A DNA stretch of 64,000 nt from an uncultured Chloroflexia bacterium (lineage in GTDB: Bacteria; Chloroflexota; Limnocylindria; Limnocylindrales; CSP1-4). Position numbers and translations under genes: made by a program. This document shows positions 40,259 to 48,938 of the stretch, piece by piece. Position 1 is the first letter of the stretch. Every line of letters begins with the position of its first letter. The stretch lies in assembly GCA_963766735.1 (NCBI GenBank), contig CAVYBU010000007.1, positions 69,742 through 133,741 of the forward strand, read 5' to 3'. Below the pieces are notes generated by a model. The model saw only the letters and a program-made list of their open reading frames with translations, was not told where the DNA came from and did no database searches.

Positions 40259-40417
40259 ATGGGTTCACGAGACCGCCCCTCGAAGGAAGTCAAGAAGAAG
40301 CCCAAGGACAAGTCGACCCAGGCGAAGCTGGCGCCGCTTTCCGAGGCTCCGCAGCAGGCGGAGCTCATCCGGAAGGAACGCAAGCCTCGGCGGGAGACAT
40401 CGTCCGACGAGAGCTGA
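40259..40417 (+). CDS. small lysine-rich basic protein (52 aa), not in the ORF track
   Basis: Translation MGSRDRPSKEVKKKPKDKSTQAKLAPLSEAPQQAELIRKERKPRRETSSDES. Codon third positions are strongly GC-biased in this frame, whereas the listed 81-aa ORF 40216..40461 in another frame is A/T-rich at third positions. My character counting near 40201-40380 is off by about 1 nt relative to the track, so the coordinates are approximate. Confidence 0.45.
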   Translation: MGSRDRPSKEVKKKPKDKSTQAKLAPLSEAPQQAELIRKERKPRRETSSDES

Positions 40418-40483
40418 CACCGCCGATCCGGGACCGGGTCCCGCTCCGTCGGGTTGGCTGAAGCCGGCAGGAGCGAGGACACG

Positions 40484-41551
40484 ATGGCCAACAACGGCAG
40501 GGACGCTGTCCCGCAGGTGACAGAGAAGGCGCTGGCCGAGCGTGGGCGCGCGGTCGATGCCGCGATCCTGACGATCGAGAAGCAGTTCGGTCGCGGATCG
40601 ATCATGAAGCTCGGTTCGCGCGAACGGCAGGCCGTGGACTCGATCCCCACGGGATCCATCGCGCTGGACCTCGCGCTGGGCGTCGGGGGCATTCCGCGCG
40701 GTCGCATCACAGAGATCTTCGGACCGGAGTCGTCGGGCAAGACGACCGTCTGCCAGCACGTCATCGCGGAGGCGCAGCGCAGGGGCGGGATCGCCGCGTT
40801 CATCGACGTCGAGCACGCGCTGGACCCTGCCTACGCACGCGCCTGCGGCGTCAACGTGGATGAGCTCCTCGTCTCGCAGCCGGACACCGGGGAGCAGGCG
40901 CTCGAGATCACCGAGACCCTCATCCGCTCCGGCGGCGTGGATATCGTCGTCGTGGACTCCGTTGCGGCGCTCGTGCCGCGGGCGGAGATCGAGGGCGAGA
41001 TGGGCGACAGCTTCGTGGGCATCCAGGCGCGGCTGATGAGCCAGGCTCTGCGGAAGCTGACGGGCGCGGTCAGCCGCTCCAACACCTCGCTGGTCTTCAC
41101 CAACCAGCTGCGCGAGAAGATCGGCGTCATGTTCGGCAATCCTGAGACGACGCCCGGCGGCCGGGCACTGAAGTTCTACGCCTCGGTCCGCCTGGACATC
41201 CGCCGCATCGAGACCATCAAGACCGGCACCGATTCCGTTGGCAACCGGGTCCGCGTCAAGGTCGTCAAGAACAAGGTCTCGCCGCCGTTCCGCGTTGCCG
41301 AGTTCGACGTGATGTATGGCGAGGGCATCTCCAAGGAGGGTGGGCTTCTGGACGTCGGCGTGGCGATGGACGTCGTCACGAAGACGGGCGCCTGGTTCAC
41401 GTTCGGCGATACGCGCCTGGGCCAGGGCCGTGAGGCCTCCAAGGAGTTCCTCAAGGGGAATGCGGACCTCTCTGCCGAGATCGACCGGCGCATCCGGGCC
41501 AAGATGGCCGACGTGGATCTCCCGGTCGAGGGCATCGAAGAGGCCGAGTAG
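40484..41551 (+). CDS. recA: recombinase RecA
   Basis: ATG at 40484 preceded by AGGAGCGAGGA. Walker A (GPESSGKTT) plus the L1 and L2 loops are present. 355 aa. Confidence 0.95.
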   Translation: MANNGRDAVPQVTEKALAERGRAVDAAILTIEKQFGRGSIMKLGSRERQAVDSIPTGSIALDLALGVGGIPRGRITEIFGPESSGKTTVCQHVIAEAQRRGGIAAFIDVEHALDPAYARACGVNVDELLVSQPDTGEQALEITETLIRSGGVDIVVVDSVAALVPRAEIEGEMGDSFVGIQARLMSQALRKLTGAVSRSNTSLVFTNQLREKIGVMFGNPETTPGGRALKFYASVRLDIRRIETIKTGTDSVGNRVRVKVVKNKVSPPFRVAEFDVMYGEGISKEGGLLDVGVAMDVVTKTGAWFTFGDTRLGQGREASKEFLKGNADLSAEIDRRIRAKMADVDLPVEGIEEAE

Positions 41552-41558
41552 GTCGTCG

Positions 41559-42170
41559 GTGGAGGCGGACCAGCCCGCGCGGAGGCGCAAGGCGACGTTC
41601 GCGGAACGTCGTGATCGTCGCGCCGCCGTCGAAGACGTCGGCGAGGTGCTGGACGCGGCTGCGCGGTATCTCGAGGCCCGACCGCGGTCCGTCGCCGAGG
41701 TCCGCCGGAGACTGACCACGGCCGGGTACCGCCCTGACCTGGTCGAGGCGGCCGTCGAGCGGCTGGTCGACCTGCAGTACCTCGATGACGACGCTTTCGC
41801 GCGCGCGTGGGTCGAATCCCGCGATCGGGCACGGCCACGCGGCGAGCATGCGCTGCGGCGAGAGCTGCAGTTGAAGGGCGTGGAGCGCTCGCTGATTGAC
41901 ACGGTTCTCGAGGAGCGCCGCGACCTGGGGCTCGTTGATCGGGCGGTGGCGGGTGACGGCTTCGCTGATCGAACGACCGAGGGCGTCGACGACGCGGCAG
42001 CTGCGAGGCTCCTCCGCCGCCGGGGCCCTTCGCTGTTGCGCGAAGCGGACCCGCGTCGGCGTCGGGCGAAGGCGTACGCGCTCCTGGCACGAAACGGGTT
42101 CACCCCGGACGTGTGTGCCGCCGCGGCGACGGCCTGGCTCGCCGGCGACGATCCCGGCGAAGGGTCCTAG
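41559..42170 (+). CDS. recX: recombination regulator RecX
   Basis: GTG lies 8 nt after the recA stop. Three-helix repeat units (ARYLEARPRSVAEVRRRL ... AWVESR ...). The track start at 41316 overlaps recA in another frame. Confidence 0.8.
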   Translation: MEADQPARRRKATFAERRDRRAAVEDVGEVLDAAARYLEARPRSVAEVRRRLTTAGYRPDLVEAAVERLVDLQYLDDDAFARAWVESRDRARPRGEHALRRELQLKGVERSLIDTVLEERRDLGLVDRAVAGDGFADRTTEGVDDAAAARLLRRRGPSLLREADPRRRRAKAYALLARNGFTPDVCAAAATAWLAGDDPGEGS

Positions 42171-42224
42171 CCCGATCCCAGGTGCGGATCCGAGGTCCGG
42201 ATGGGCATCGTCGGTCCCGGCATC

Positions 42225-42309
42225 ATTGAAGGGTTCCGCGTCCACGGAGACCCAATAGGAGTGAGCGTCCCGCAGATGAAGCCGGCGCACGTCGCCGGAG
42301 GAGGTCGAG
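42225..42309 (+). promoter_or_regulatory. conserved leader/promoter copy 1 (ATTGAAGGG-N31-GCGTCCCGCA ... hairpin CCGGCG-cacgt-CGCCGG ... GGAGGAGGTCGAGATG)
   Basis: The same bipartite motif, with identical 31-nt spacing, recurs upstream of the paralog at 42970. Confidence 0.6.
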
Positions 42310-42795
42310 ATGCGGACGTTCATCACGCTCGTGGCGGCTGCGGCCGTCCTCACCCTGGCGCTCGCGCCAGTTGCAGCGGCCAAGACGACTCGGGTGCAAG
42401 TCGAGGGCTATGAGACGCTGTCCGAGGTCGTGTCCGAGGGCTCGATGTCCATGGCCGGCAGCGTGGTCTCGGTCCGCGGCATTGTCTGGATCTACACGCA
42501 GACCGGACACCAGATGCTCTCCGGAACGGACAGGGTCGTGATCAACTACGACCTCGACCTCGCCACGGGATCCGGCGAGCTGTGGGGCAAGAACCGCATC
42601 GACCCCACCGCATACCCGGGCGGCCACTTCGATTGCTCGTGGCACGGGACGTTCGTCGACTACGCGTGGACGGGCAAGGTCGTCTGCCACGGGGACGGGT
42701 CGCTGAGGGGCTGGCAGCTGCGCCTGGCTCTCCTGCCGGAACCCGGCGGCGAAGCCGATACCACCGTTGGCTTCGCATTCCTGCCGGGCCACTGA
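42310..42795 (+). CDS. secreted protein with one copy of an uncharacterised Cys-containing ~110-aa repeat domain (paralog A)
   Basis: Signal peptide (MRTFITLVAAAAVLTLALAPVAAAK). The domain carries a GELWG ... CSWHGTF ... VVCHGDG ... GWQLRLA pattern related to paralogs B and C. Confidence 0.7.
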   Translation: MRTFITLVAAAAVLTLALAPVAAAKTTRVQVEGYETLSEVVSEGSMSMAGSVVSVRGIVWIYTQTGHQMLSGTDRVVINYDLDLATGSGELWGKNRIDPTAYPGGHFDCSWHGTFVDYAWTGKVVCHGDGSLRGWQLRLALLPEPGGEADTTVGFAFLPGH

Positions 42796-42823
42796 TCACT
42801 CGTCCCTGGCCAACCGCACGCAG

Positions 42824-42856
42824 ACGGTCCCGGTCGGTCCGGGGCCGTCTTCGTGA
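42824..42856 (+). terminator. intrinsic terminator after paralog A (GACGGTCCCGG-tcggt-CCGGGGCCGTC then TTCGTG)
   Basis: 11-bp stem including one G-U pair, followed by a short T-rich tract. Confidence 0.5.
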
Positions 42857-42883
42857 CGCCAGGTTCCGATTGTGAGCTCCGGA

Positions 42884-42969
42884 ATTGAAGGGATCAGGCC
42901 CCGCTGTGACCCGTCAAGGGTGGGCGTCCCGCAAAGCGAGCTGGCGCGCGATCGCCGAGGGAGGTTGAG
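42884..42969 (+). promoter_or_regulatory. conserved leader/promoter copy 2 (ATTGAAGGG-N31-GCGTCCCGCA ... GGCG-cgcgat-CGCC ... GGGAGGTTGAGATG)
   Basis: Aligns with the 42225-42309 element, including a conserved GACCC at +16..+20 and a small hairpin abutting the SD. Confidence 0.6.
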
Positions 42970-43482
42970 ATGCAGAGGCGCATCACACTGGCTGCGGCGC
43001 TTGCCGCACTCGTGGCGGCGCTGGCCGGGTGTGCCGGAGCCGCTGTCCCGACCACGGTCCTGACTCCGGCGCCGAGCCTCGAGGCAACACCAGTCCCCAC
43101 CGTGCCTGCGGTCGTGGAGGTGACCGGCAGCACCGGCACGTGTGGCCAGGACGGCGACTACACCGTCTGTGACAACGTGACATCCTCCGACGAGCGGCTG
43201 GTCGGGACGTCCAGGTACGTCACCGACTGTCCGGAGACGGTGGACGGGGACACCACGGTCGCGGTCTGCTCGTTCCCCATCACCCTCACCAACGGGGACG
43301 GCACGTGGGAAGGGACGGTGGAGGGCACGTCCACGTGGAGCGTCGCCTCGCCTGCCCACGTCCACGTGATGGACGCCACGTACCTGGGCACCGGAGCGTA
43401 CGAAGGCCTCCGCTTCGTCCAGCACATCGAAGGCCTGGATTACCCCATGTCGTACACCGGACGCATCGAACCGGCGGGCTGA
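42970..43482 (+). CDS. lipoprotein with one copy of the same uncharacterised repeat domain (paralog B)
   Basis: Lipobox LAGC. Domain pattern YTVCDNVTSSDERLVG ... DGTWEGTVEGT ... HVHVMDATYLGTGAYEGLRF. Confidence 0.7.
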   Translation: MQRRITLAAALAALVAALAGCAGAAVPTTVLTPAPSLEATPVPTVPAVVEVTGSTGTCGQDGDYTVCDNVTSSDERLVGTSRYVTDCPETVDGDTTVAVCSFPITLTNGDGTWEGTVEGTSTWSVASPAHVHVMDATYLGTGAYEGLRFVQHIEGLDYPMSYTGRIEPAG

Positions 43483-43587
43483 GCACCTGGTGCGTTCCGG
43501 GCGCGTCAACGGGCGCGCCGGTCGCTTCCAACGGCACTGGACGCCGTGAGATTCGGCGTTTGAATAGAACGCGAGGGTCCGGGTCCC

Positions 43588-44181
43588 ATGAGGAGTGAGC
43601 ACCCGAGGGGGCGCTCGCACGGAGCAGGCAGGGTGGAGCACGACCTCGTCGAGCGAGCCAAGGGTGGCGACATGGAGGCATTCCAGGCCCTGGTGTACGA
43701 GTGCTCGGACCGGCTCTACGCGATCGCCCACCGGATCCTTCGCGACCCGGACCTCGCACAGGATGCCCTGCAGCAGGCGCTCATCCGGCTGTGGGAGGAT
43801 CTACCGAGCCTTCGAGATCCGTCCCGGTTCGACGCCTGGTCCTACCGGCTCGTCGTGCACGCAACCTACCGGGAGGCCAAGCGCGAGCGGCGTTGGACGT
43901 CGCGGATCCGGGAGATCCGGGTCGAGCCACCGGCGGTCGACCGCGTCATGGACGTGGTCGACCGCGATGAGATCGAGCGACTCTTCAGGCGGCTGACACC
44001 CGAGCACCGGGCCGTTCTCGTGCTGCACTTCTTCGTCGGGCAGCCGATCTCGGAGGTCGCCGAGACGCTGGGTATCCCGGTGGGCACGGCCGGATCCCGG
44101 CTGCACTACGCGACGCGAAGTCTCCGTGCAGCATTCGAGGCCGACGTCCGGGCGGCCGTCGCCTGGAGGACCACGGCGTGA
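43588..44181 (+). CDS. RNA polymerase sigma-70 family ECF sigma factor
   Basis: Region 2 (FQALVYECSDRLYAIAHRIL ... DALQQALIRLWE) and region 4 (LTPEHRAVLVLHFFVGQPISEVAETLGIPVGTAGSRL). Confidence 0.85.
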   Translation: MRSEHPRGRSHGAGRVEHDLVERAKGGDMEAFQALVYECSDRLYAIAHRILRDPDLAQDALQQALIRLWEDLPSLRDPSRFDAWSYRLVVHATYREAKRERRWTSRIREIRVEPPAVDRVMDVVDRDEIERLFRRLTPEHRAVLVLHFFVGQPISEVAETLGIPVGTAGSRLHYATRSLRAAFEADVRAAVAWRTTA

Positions 44182-45352
44182 CGCGCGAGGAGCGGTTCGA
44201 GCAGCGGCTTGCCGACTGGCTGGAGGACGGGCCGTACGACACGCCGAAGGCCGTCATCGACGCTGTGTTCGAACACGCACGCACGCATCCCCGTCGCCGC
44301 ATCGGCCCCAGCCGCCTCTGGAAGGCCGTCAAAGCGCCGCGTGCACCCGGCCGAACGCGGTGCCGGGCGAACCGCACCCAGGCCTGATCTGGACGTTCGC
44401 GGCCGTCGGGATCACGGCTGTCCTCGCCGTTGCGACCCTCGGCGGCGTCGCCGCCCTGCTCAGCGGCAACCCGAGCGGGCTGCCGGTCGCCGGGACCGGC
44501 GCGACGCCAGGCCCGACCCCACTGTCGACGCCGACACCCGCACCGCTCGCCACGCCGCCGGTCTGGGTGACCGCGAGCACAACCTGCCCGGAGTCCGCTC
44601 CCGGCAGCGAATGGCGCGTCGGAGACGTCACCCACCTCCGTGGGATCCTGATCACCTGCACGAACACTTCCTCAGACGCCCGCCTGGATGGGGTGGCGAC
44701 CGTCGACCTCAACCTTGATCTTCGGGAGGACGAGAGCGCCGACATGTGGGGATCCGCCACCATCGAGACCGACGGCGGCACCTGGCGGGGGTACTGGCTC
44801 GGGACCGTGGACGAGGGCTACACCACGCACCACATGGAGGGTGTCTACCTGGGCTCTGGAGGATACGAGGGCCTCCGCCTCCGGACCAGCCAGACGAGCG
44901 ACGGGTCGGACGGTGTCATCACCGGCACGATCGAGGCCGTCGCCGCCCTGCCGACGGCGGGACCCACCGTCATCACCGGAGCGGGCTGCTCGACCGCGGA
45001 CCCGGGGACGACGACCCAGGTCGGCGAGATGACCCGCTATCGCGGCGTCGTCCTGGAGTGCGGACCGAGCGTGCCGTCCGACCCACGTGTCGCCTCTGAG
45101 CTGGAGCGGATCGTGTTCGACATGGACGAGCAGGCCGACGGCAGCGCAACGATGACCGGGACCGGGACGCTCGCCAACGAGGGCGGGACCTGGTCGGGGT
45201 CGTGGACGGGGACGATCGCGGTTGGGTCCAGGACTCACCGGATGGAGGGCGTCTACACGGGTACCGGCGACTATGCCGGCCTCCAGTTCCGGTGGTCCCA
45301 GATCGGCGAAGGCCCCTACATCAGGTCCGGCGCCATCGTTCCGGCAGAGTAG
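44178..45352 (+). CDS. membrane-anchored ECF-sigma partner (candidate non-canonical anti-sigma) with two tandem copies of the repeat domain (paralog C); frame break near 44346-44350
   Basis: GTG overlaps the sigma-factor stop (GTGA). The cytoplasmic N-terminus (MTREERFEQRLADWLEDGP ... HARTHPRRR) is in frame 0 and stops at 44387. A TM helix (GLIWTFAAVGITAVLAVATLGGVAALL), a P/T-rich linker and two repeat domains follow in frame 2 (track ORF 44126..45352). Restoring one C in the CCC run at 44346-48 joins them. The alternative reading is two genes, with a GTG at 44360. Confidence 0.6.
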
Positions 45353-45604
45353 ACGCCATCGGGGCTCGACACCGCGCCGCAATCTCGTCAGCCTGTTCCG
45401 GTCGAACGATGTAGGCTAGGCCGTCAACCGGACGCGGACCCAAGGCCGCTTCCGGGCGAGCCGCGGCTATCGGCCGGAATCAAGCGGAGCCCTCGTGGGC
45501 CCGCGCGACTCCAAGCCCAAGCGAACGTCGGTACCGCGTAGCCCGATCCTGTTTCTTGACAACGCCACCGGCCCATTCACCCGGCCGGTGGGGAGGAATC
45601 GAAG

Positions 45605-47131
45605 ATGGACGTAGTCGCTGTAGGCGCGGCTCTGATTGCCGTTGTCGTCGGCGTGGTCGCGGGATTCTTCGGCCGCGGCATGTGGGCGAGCCAGACCGTG
45701 AAGTCCGCCCAGGACAAGGCGGCGCGCATCGTGGCCGAGGCCCGCGCGCAGCAGAAGGACATGATCCTCGAGGCGAAGGACGAGAAGCTGCGCGGGCAGC
45801 GCGAGGCCGAGGAAGAGGCTCGCCAGAAGCGAGCGGAGATCGGGAACCTCGAGCGGCGCCTCCTCGCGCGGGACGAGCAGCTCGACCAGCGGGCTGATCT
45901 GCTCGAGGAGAAGAGCCGCAAGATCAACGACCGCGAGCGTGAGATCGAGCACCAGCGCGAGGATCTCGGGCGGCTTGGCCAGGAGCGGATCGCGGCCCTG
46001 GAGCAGGTGTCGGGCATGTCGGTTGAGGACGCCAAGGGCAGCCTGCTCGAAGCCATCCGCGAAGAGGCCGAGCACGACGCGGTCAAGCTTGCCCGGTCCA
46101 TCGAACGTCAGGCCCGCGACGAGGCCCAGGACAAGGCACGCGAGATCATCGTCACCGCGATGCAGCGGGTGGCCGCGGACCACACGGCCGAGCACACGGT
46201 CTCGTCGGTGCACCTGCCGAGCGACGAGATGAAGGGCCGAATCATCGGCCGCGAGGGGCGCAACATTCGCGCCCTGGAGCAGGCCACGGGCGTGGACCTG
46301 ATCATCGACGACACCCCCGAGACCGTGATCGTCTCCGGTTTCGATCCCGTGCGCAGGGAGGTCGCCCGCCTCGCCCTCACCAAGCTCATCGCCGACGGCC
46401 GGATCCACCCCGGGCGCATCGAGGAGGTCGTCGCCAAGGCTCGAGCCGAGGTGGACGTCGTGATCCGCGAGACGGGCGAGCAGGCCGCCTACGATGCGGG
46501 CGTTCCAGGGCTCCCGGCGGAGCTCACCAAGCTCCTCGGCCGTCTCAAGTACCGCACCTCCTACGGCCAGAGCGTGCTCGTTCACAGCGTTGAGACCAGC
46601 CGCGTCGCGGCGATCATCGCAGCGGAGCTGGGGGCAGACGTCCAGGCGGCCAAGATCGGAGGCCTGCTGCACGATATCGGGAAGGCCGTGGATCACGAGG
46701 TCGAAGGCCCGCACGCGGCCATCGGCGCCGCCATCGCCCAGAAGAACGGCCTGCCGTTCAAGGTCGTCAACGGCATCGCCGCGCATCACCAGGAGGTCGA
46801 GTACGCCTGCCTGGAGGCACCGATCGTCCAGGTCGCTGACGCGATATCCGCCTCCCGCCCCGGCGCTCGCGGGGAGACCATGCAGACGTACGTCAAGCGC
46901 CTCGAGGAGCTCCAGGAGGTGGCCGAGAGCTTCCCCGGCGTCGAGCGCTCATTCGCGGTCCAGGCCGGCCGAGAGGTCCGGATCCTCGTCCGTCCGGAGG
47001 AGATCGACGACCTGACCGCGAGCAGACTGGCGCGTGACATCGTCAAGAAGATCGAGGACAACCTCACGTATCCGGGCCAGATCAAGGTGACGGTCATCCG
47101 CGAGACGCGGGCCGTCGAGTACGCGAAGTAG
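45605..47131 (+). CDS. rny: ribonuclease Y
   Basis: N-terminal TM anchor, coiled-coil, KH domain ([15 protein letters not shown]) and HD domain (LLHDIGKA ... HH). Confidence 0.95.
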   Translation: MDVVAVGAALIAVVVGVVAGFFGRGMWASQTVKSAQDKAARIVAEARAQQKDMILEAKDEKLRGQREAEEEARQKRAEIGNLERRLLARDEQLDQRADLLEEKSRKINDREREIEHQREDLGRLGQERIAALEQVSGMSVEDAKGSLLEAIREEAEHDAVKLARSIERQARDEAQDKAREIIVTAMQRVAADHTAEHTVSSVHLPSDEMKGRIIGREGRNIRALEQATGVDLIIDDTPETVIVSGFDPVRREVARLALTKLIADGRIHPGRIEEVVAKARAEVDVVIRETGEQAAYDAGVPGLPAELTKLLGRLKYRTSYGQSVLVHSVETSRVAAIIAAELGADVQAAKIGGLLHDIGKAVDHEVEGPHAAIGAAIAQKNGLPFKVVNGIAAHHQEVEYACLEAPIVQVADAISASRPGARGETMQTYVKRLEELQEVAESFPGVERSFAVQAGREVRILVRPEEIDDLTASRLARDIVKKIEDNLTYPGQIKVTVIRETRAVEYAK

Positions 47132-47229
47132 GGGAGCGATCGCAGTGATCGGCCGAAGCCTCCAGGCCGGCCTCGGCAACCCCCCGAACGGCAACGCGCC
47201 ACGTCCCGCCGGGAGCCTGCCGGATCCTG

Positions 47230-48009
47230 ATGATCGGCGACATCATCGGCAAGCCCGGCCGCGTCACCATCGAGCAGGTGCTGCCCGGCCTGCGCGACGA
47301 ACGCGGGATCGACTTCGTCACCGCGAACGGCGAGAACGTTGCCGGCGGGATGGGCCTCACGCCCTCCACGGCCGAGGCGCTCCTCGCCGCCGGCGTCGAC
47401 GTGATCACGAGCGGCAACCACATCTGGGACAAGCGCGAGATCTACCCGTTCCTCGAGACGAGCGATCGCGTGCTGCGCCCGCTCAACTACGGCACCCACG
47501 GCGTGCCCGGGCGAGGCTGGGGCACGTACCACGCACTTGACGGCAGCGAGATCGCGGTGATCAACCTCCAGGGCCGCACCCACATGCAGCCGATCGACAA
47601 CCCGTTCACGGACGCGGATCGCCTGATGGACGAGGCCTCCGAACCGCTGCCGCCCATCCGCCTCGTCGACTTCCACTGCGAGATCACGTCCGAGAAGACC
47701 GCGATGGGCCTCTATCTCGACGGACGCGTCTCGGCCGTGGTCGGGACCCACACGCACGTCGTCACCGGCGACGAGCGGATCCTCCCGAAGGGGACGGCCT
47801 TCCTGACGGATCTCGGGATGACCGGGCCGCTCTGGAGCGTGATCGGTTTCGACCCGGCAACCGTGCTCCCGCGGTTCATCAACGCCCTGCCAACGCGGTT
47901 CGAGGTGGGCGACGGACCCGTCGTCCTCAACGCCTGCCAGGTGGACGTGGATCCCGCCACGGGTCGCGCCCTGCAGATCGAGCGTATCCAGCGCCTCGTC
48001 GAGATCTAG
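47230..48009 (+). CDS. ymdB: YmdB-like TIGR00282 family metallophosphoesterase
   Basis: Motifs MIGDIIGKPGR ... GNHIWDK ... GTHTHV. Conserved rny-ymdB synteny. Confidence 0.9.
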   Translation: MIGDIIGKPGRVTIEQVLPGLRDERGIDFVTANGENVAGGMGLTPSTAEALLAAGVDVITSGNHIWDKREIYPFLETSDRVLRPLNYGTHGVPGRGWGTYHALDGSEIAVINLQGRTHMQPIDNPFTDADRLMDEASEPLPPIRLVDFHCEITSEKTAMGLYLDGRVSAVVGTHTHVVTGDERILPKGTAFLTDLGMTGPLWSVIGFDPATVLPRFINALPTRFEVGDGPVVLNACQVDVDPATGRALQIERIQRLVEI

Positions 48010-48011
48010 GC

Positions 48012-48938
48012 ATGAGCTCTCGCCATGCGACTGGATCCGAGAAGCCGCGCGTTCCGGGCACGGCCACCGCCGACGTCCACGCGCACACCCGGCGATCGGA
48101 CGGCGTCCTGGAGCCCGCGGACCTCGTCCGTCAGGCGTATGCGGCCGGCATCCGGCTGTTCGCCATCGCCGACCACGACAACCTCGCCGCATACCGCGAG
48201 CTGACCGGCTCCGACGCCGAGCCGCTGCCGGCCGGGATGGAGCTTCTCCCCGCCGTCGAGATCAACGCGATCGCACGCGGGTTCCGGATGGACCTGCCAG
48301 AAGGCGAATTGCACGTCCTGGGCATCGGCGTGGATCCGGACGACGACGCCTTCGAGGCCGCCCTCGCGGCACAGCGCGACGCCCGCCGGTCGAGGTTCGC
48401 GGCCATCGTCGAGCGTCTCCGTGAGCTCGGGCTGCCGGTCGAGTCGCACCTCGACGAGGCGATCCTCTCAAGCGACGGTGCACTCGGTCGCCCGACGCTC
48501 GCTCGGGCCCTCGTCGCAGCGGGGTTCGCGAAGAGCGTGGAGGATGCCTTCCAGAACATCCTGGCCCACGGGCAGCCCGCCTATATGCCCCTGACCGGCA
48601 TGGGCCCGATCGAGGCGATCCGGGCGATCCGGGCTGCCGGGGGCCTCGCGTCGCTGGCGCACTTCCCGACGGCCCCTGAGCGCGTGCCCCTGATGCGGGA
48701 GCTGATGACGGAGGGTCTGGACGGCCTTGAGACCCACCACCGGTCATTCGATGCCGAGACCCGAGCCGCGATGTCGGCGACGGCCGTCCACCTGGGCCTC
48801 CTCGAGACCGGAGGCTCCGACTACCACGGAGACCTGGGACCGTACGCCGAGACGCACGCGCTCCTGGTGATGCCCGACTCGCTGATCTCGGACCTTCGCG
48901 AAGCCCTCAGGACTCGTCGGGCGCCGGCTCGTCCTTGA
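48012..48938 (+). CDS. PHP domain-containing metal-dependent phosphoesterase
   Basis: DVHAHTRRSDG and later His/Asp clusters are typical of the PHP fold. Confidence 0.8.
   Translation: MSSRHATGSEKPRVPGTATADVHAHTRRSDGVLEPADLVRQAYAAGIRLFAIADHDNLAAYRELTGSDAEPLPAGMELLPAVEINAIARGFRMDLPEGELHVLGIGVDPDDDAFEAALAAQRDARRSRFAAIVERLRELGLPVESHLDEAILSSDGALGRPTLARALVAAGFAKSVEDAFQNILAHGQPAYMPLTGMGPIEAIRAIRAAGGLASLAHFPTAPERVPLMRELMTEGLDGLETHHRSFDAETRAAMSATAVHLGLLETGGSDYHGDLGPYAETHALLVMPDSLISDLREALRTRRAPARP

Noticed and set aside
40216-40461. 81-aa plus-strand ORF upstream of recA
   Set aside because: Third codon positions are A/T-rich and the sequence is Gly/Ala/Glu junk. The overlapping lysine-rich 52-aa frame has proper GC3 bias and is preferred.
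40265-42103. 612-aa minus-strand ORF
   Set aside because: Antisense to recA and recX, which are unambiguous.
45467-48192. Minus-strand ORFs 45467..46789 and 46786..48192
   Set aside because: Antisense to rny and ymdB.
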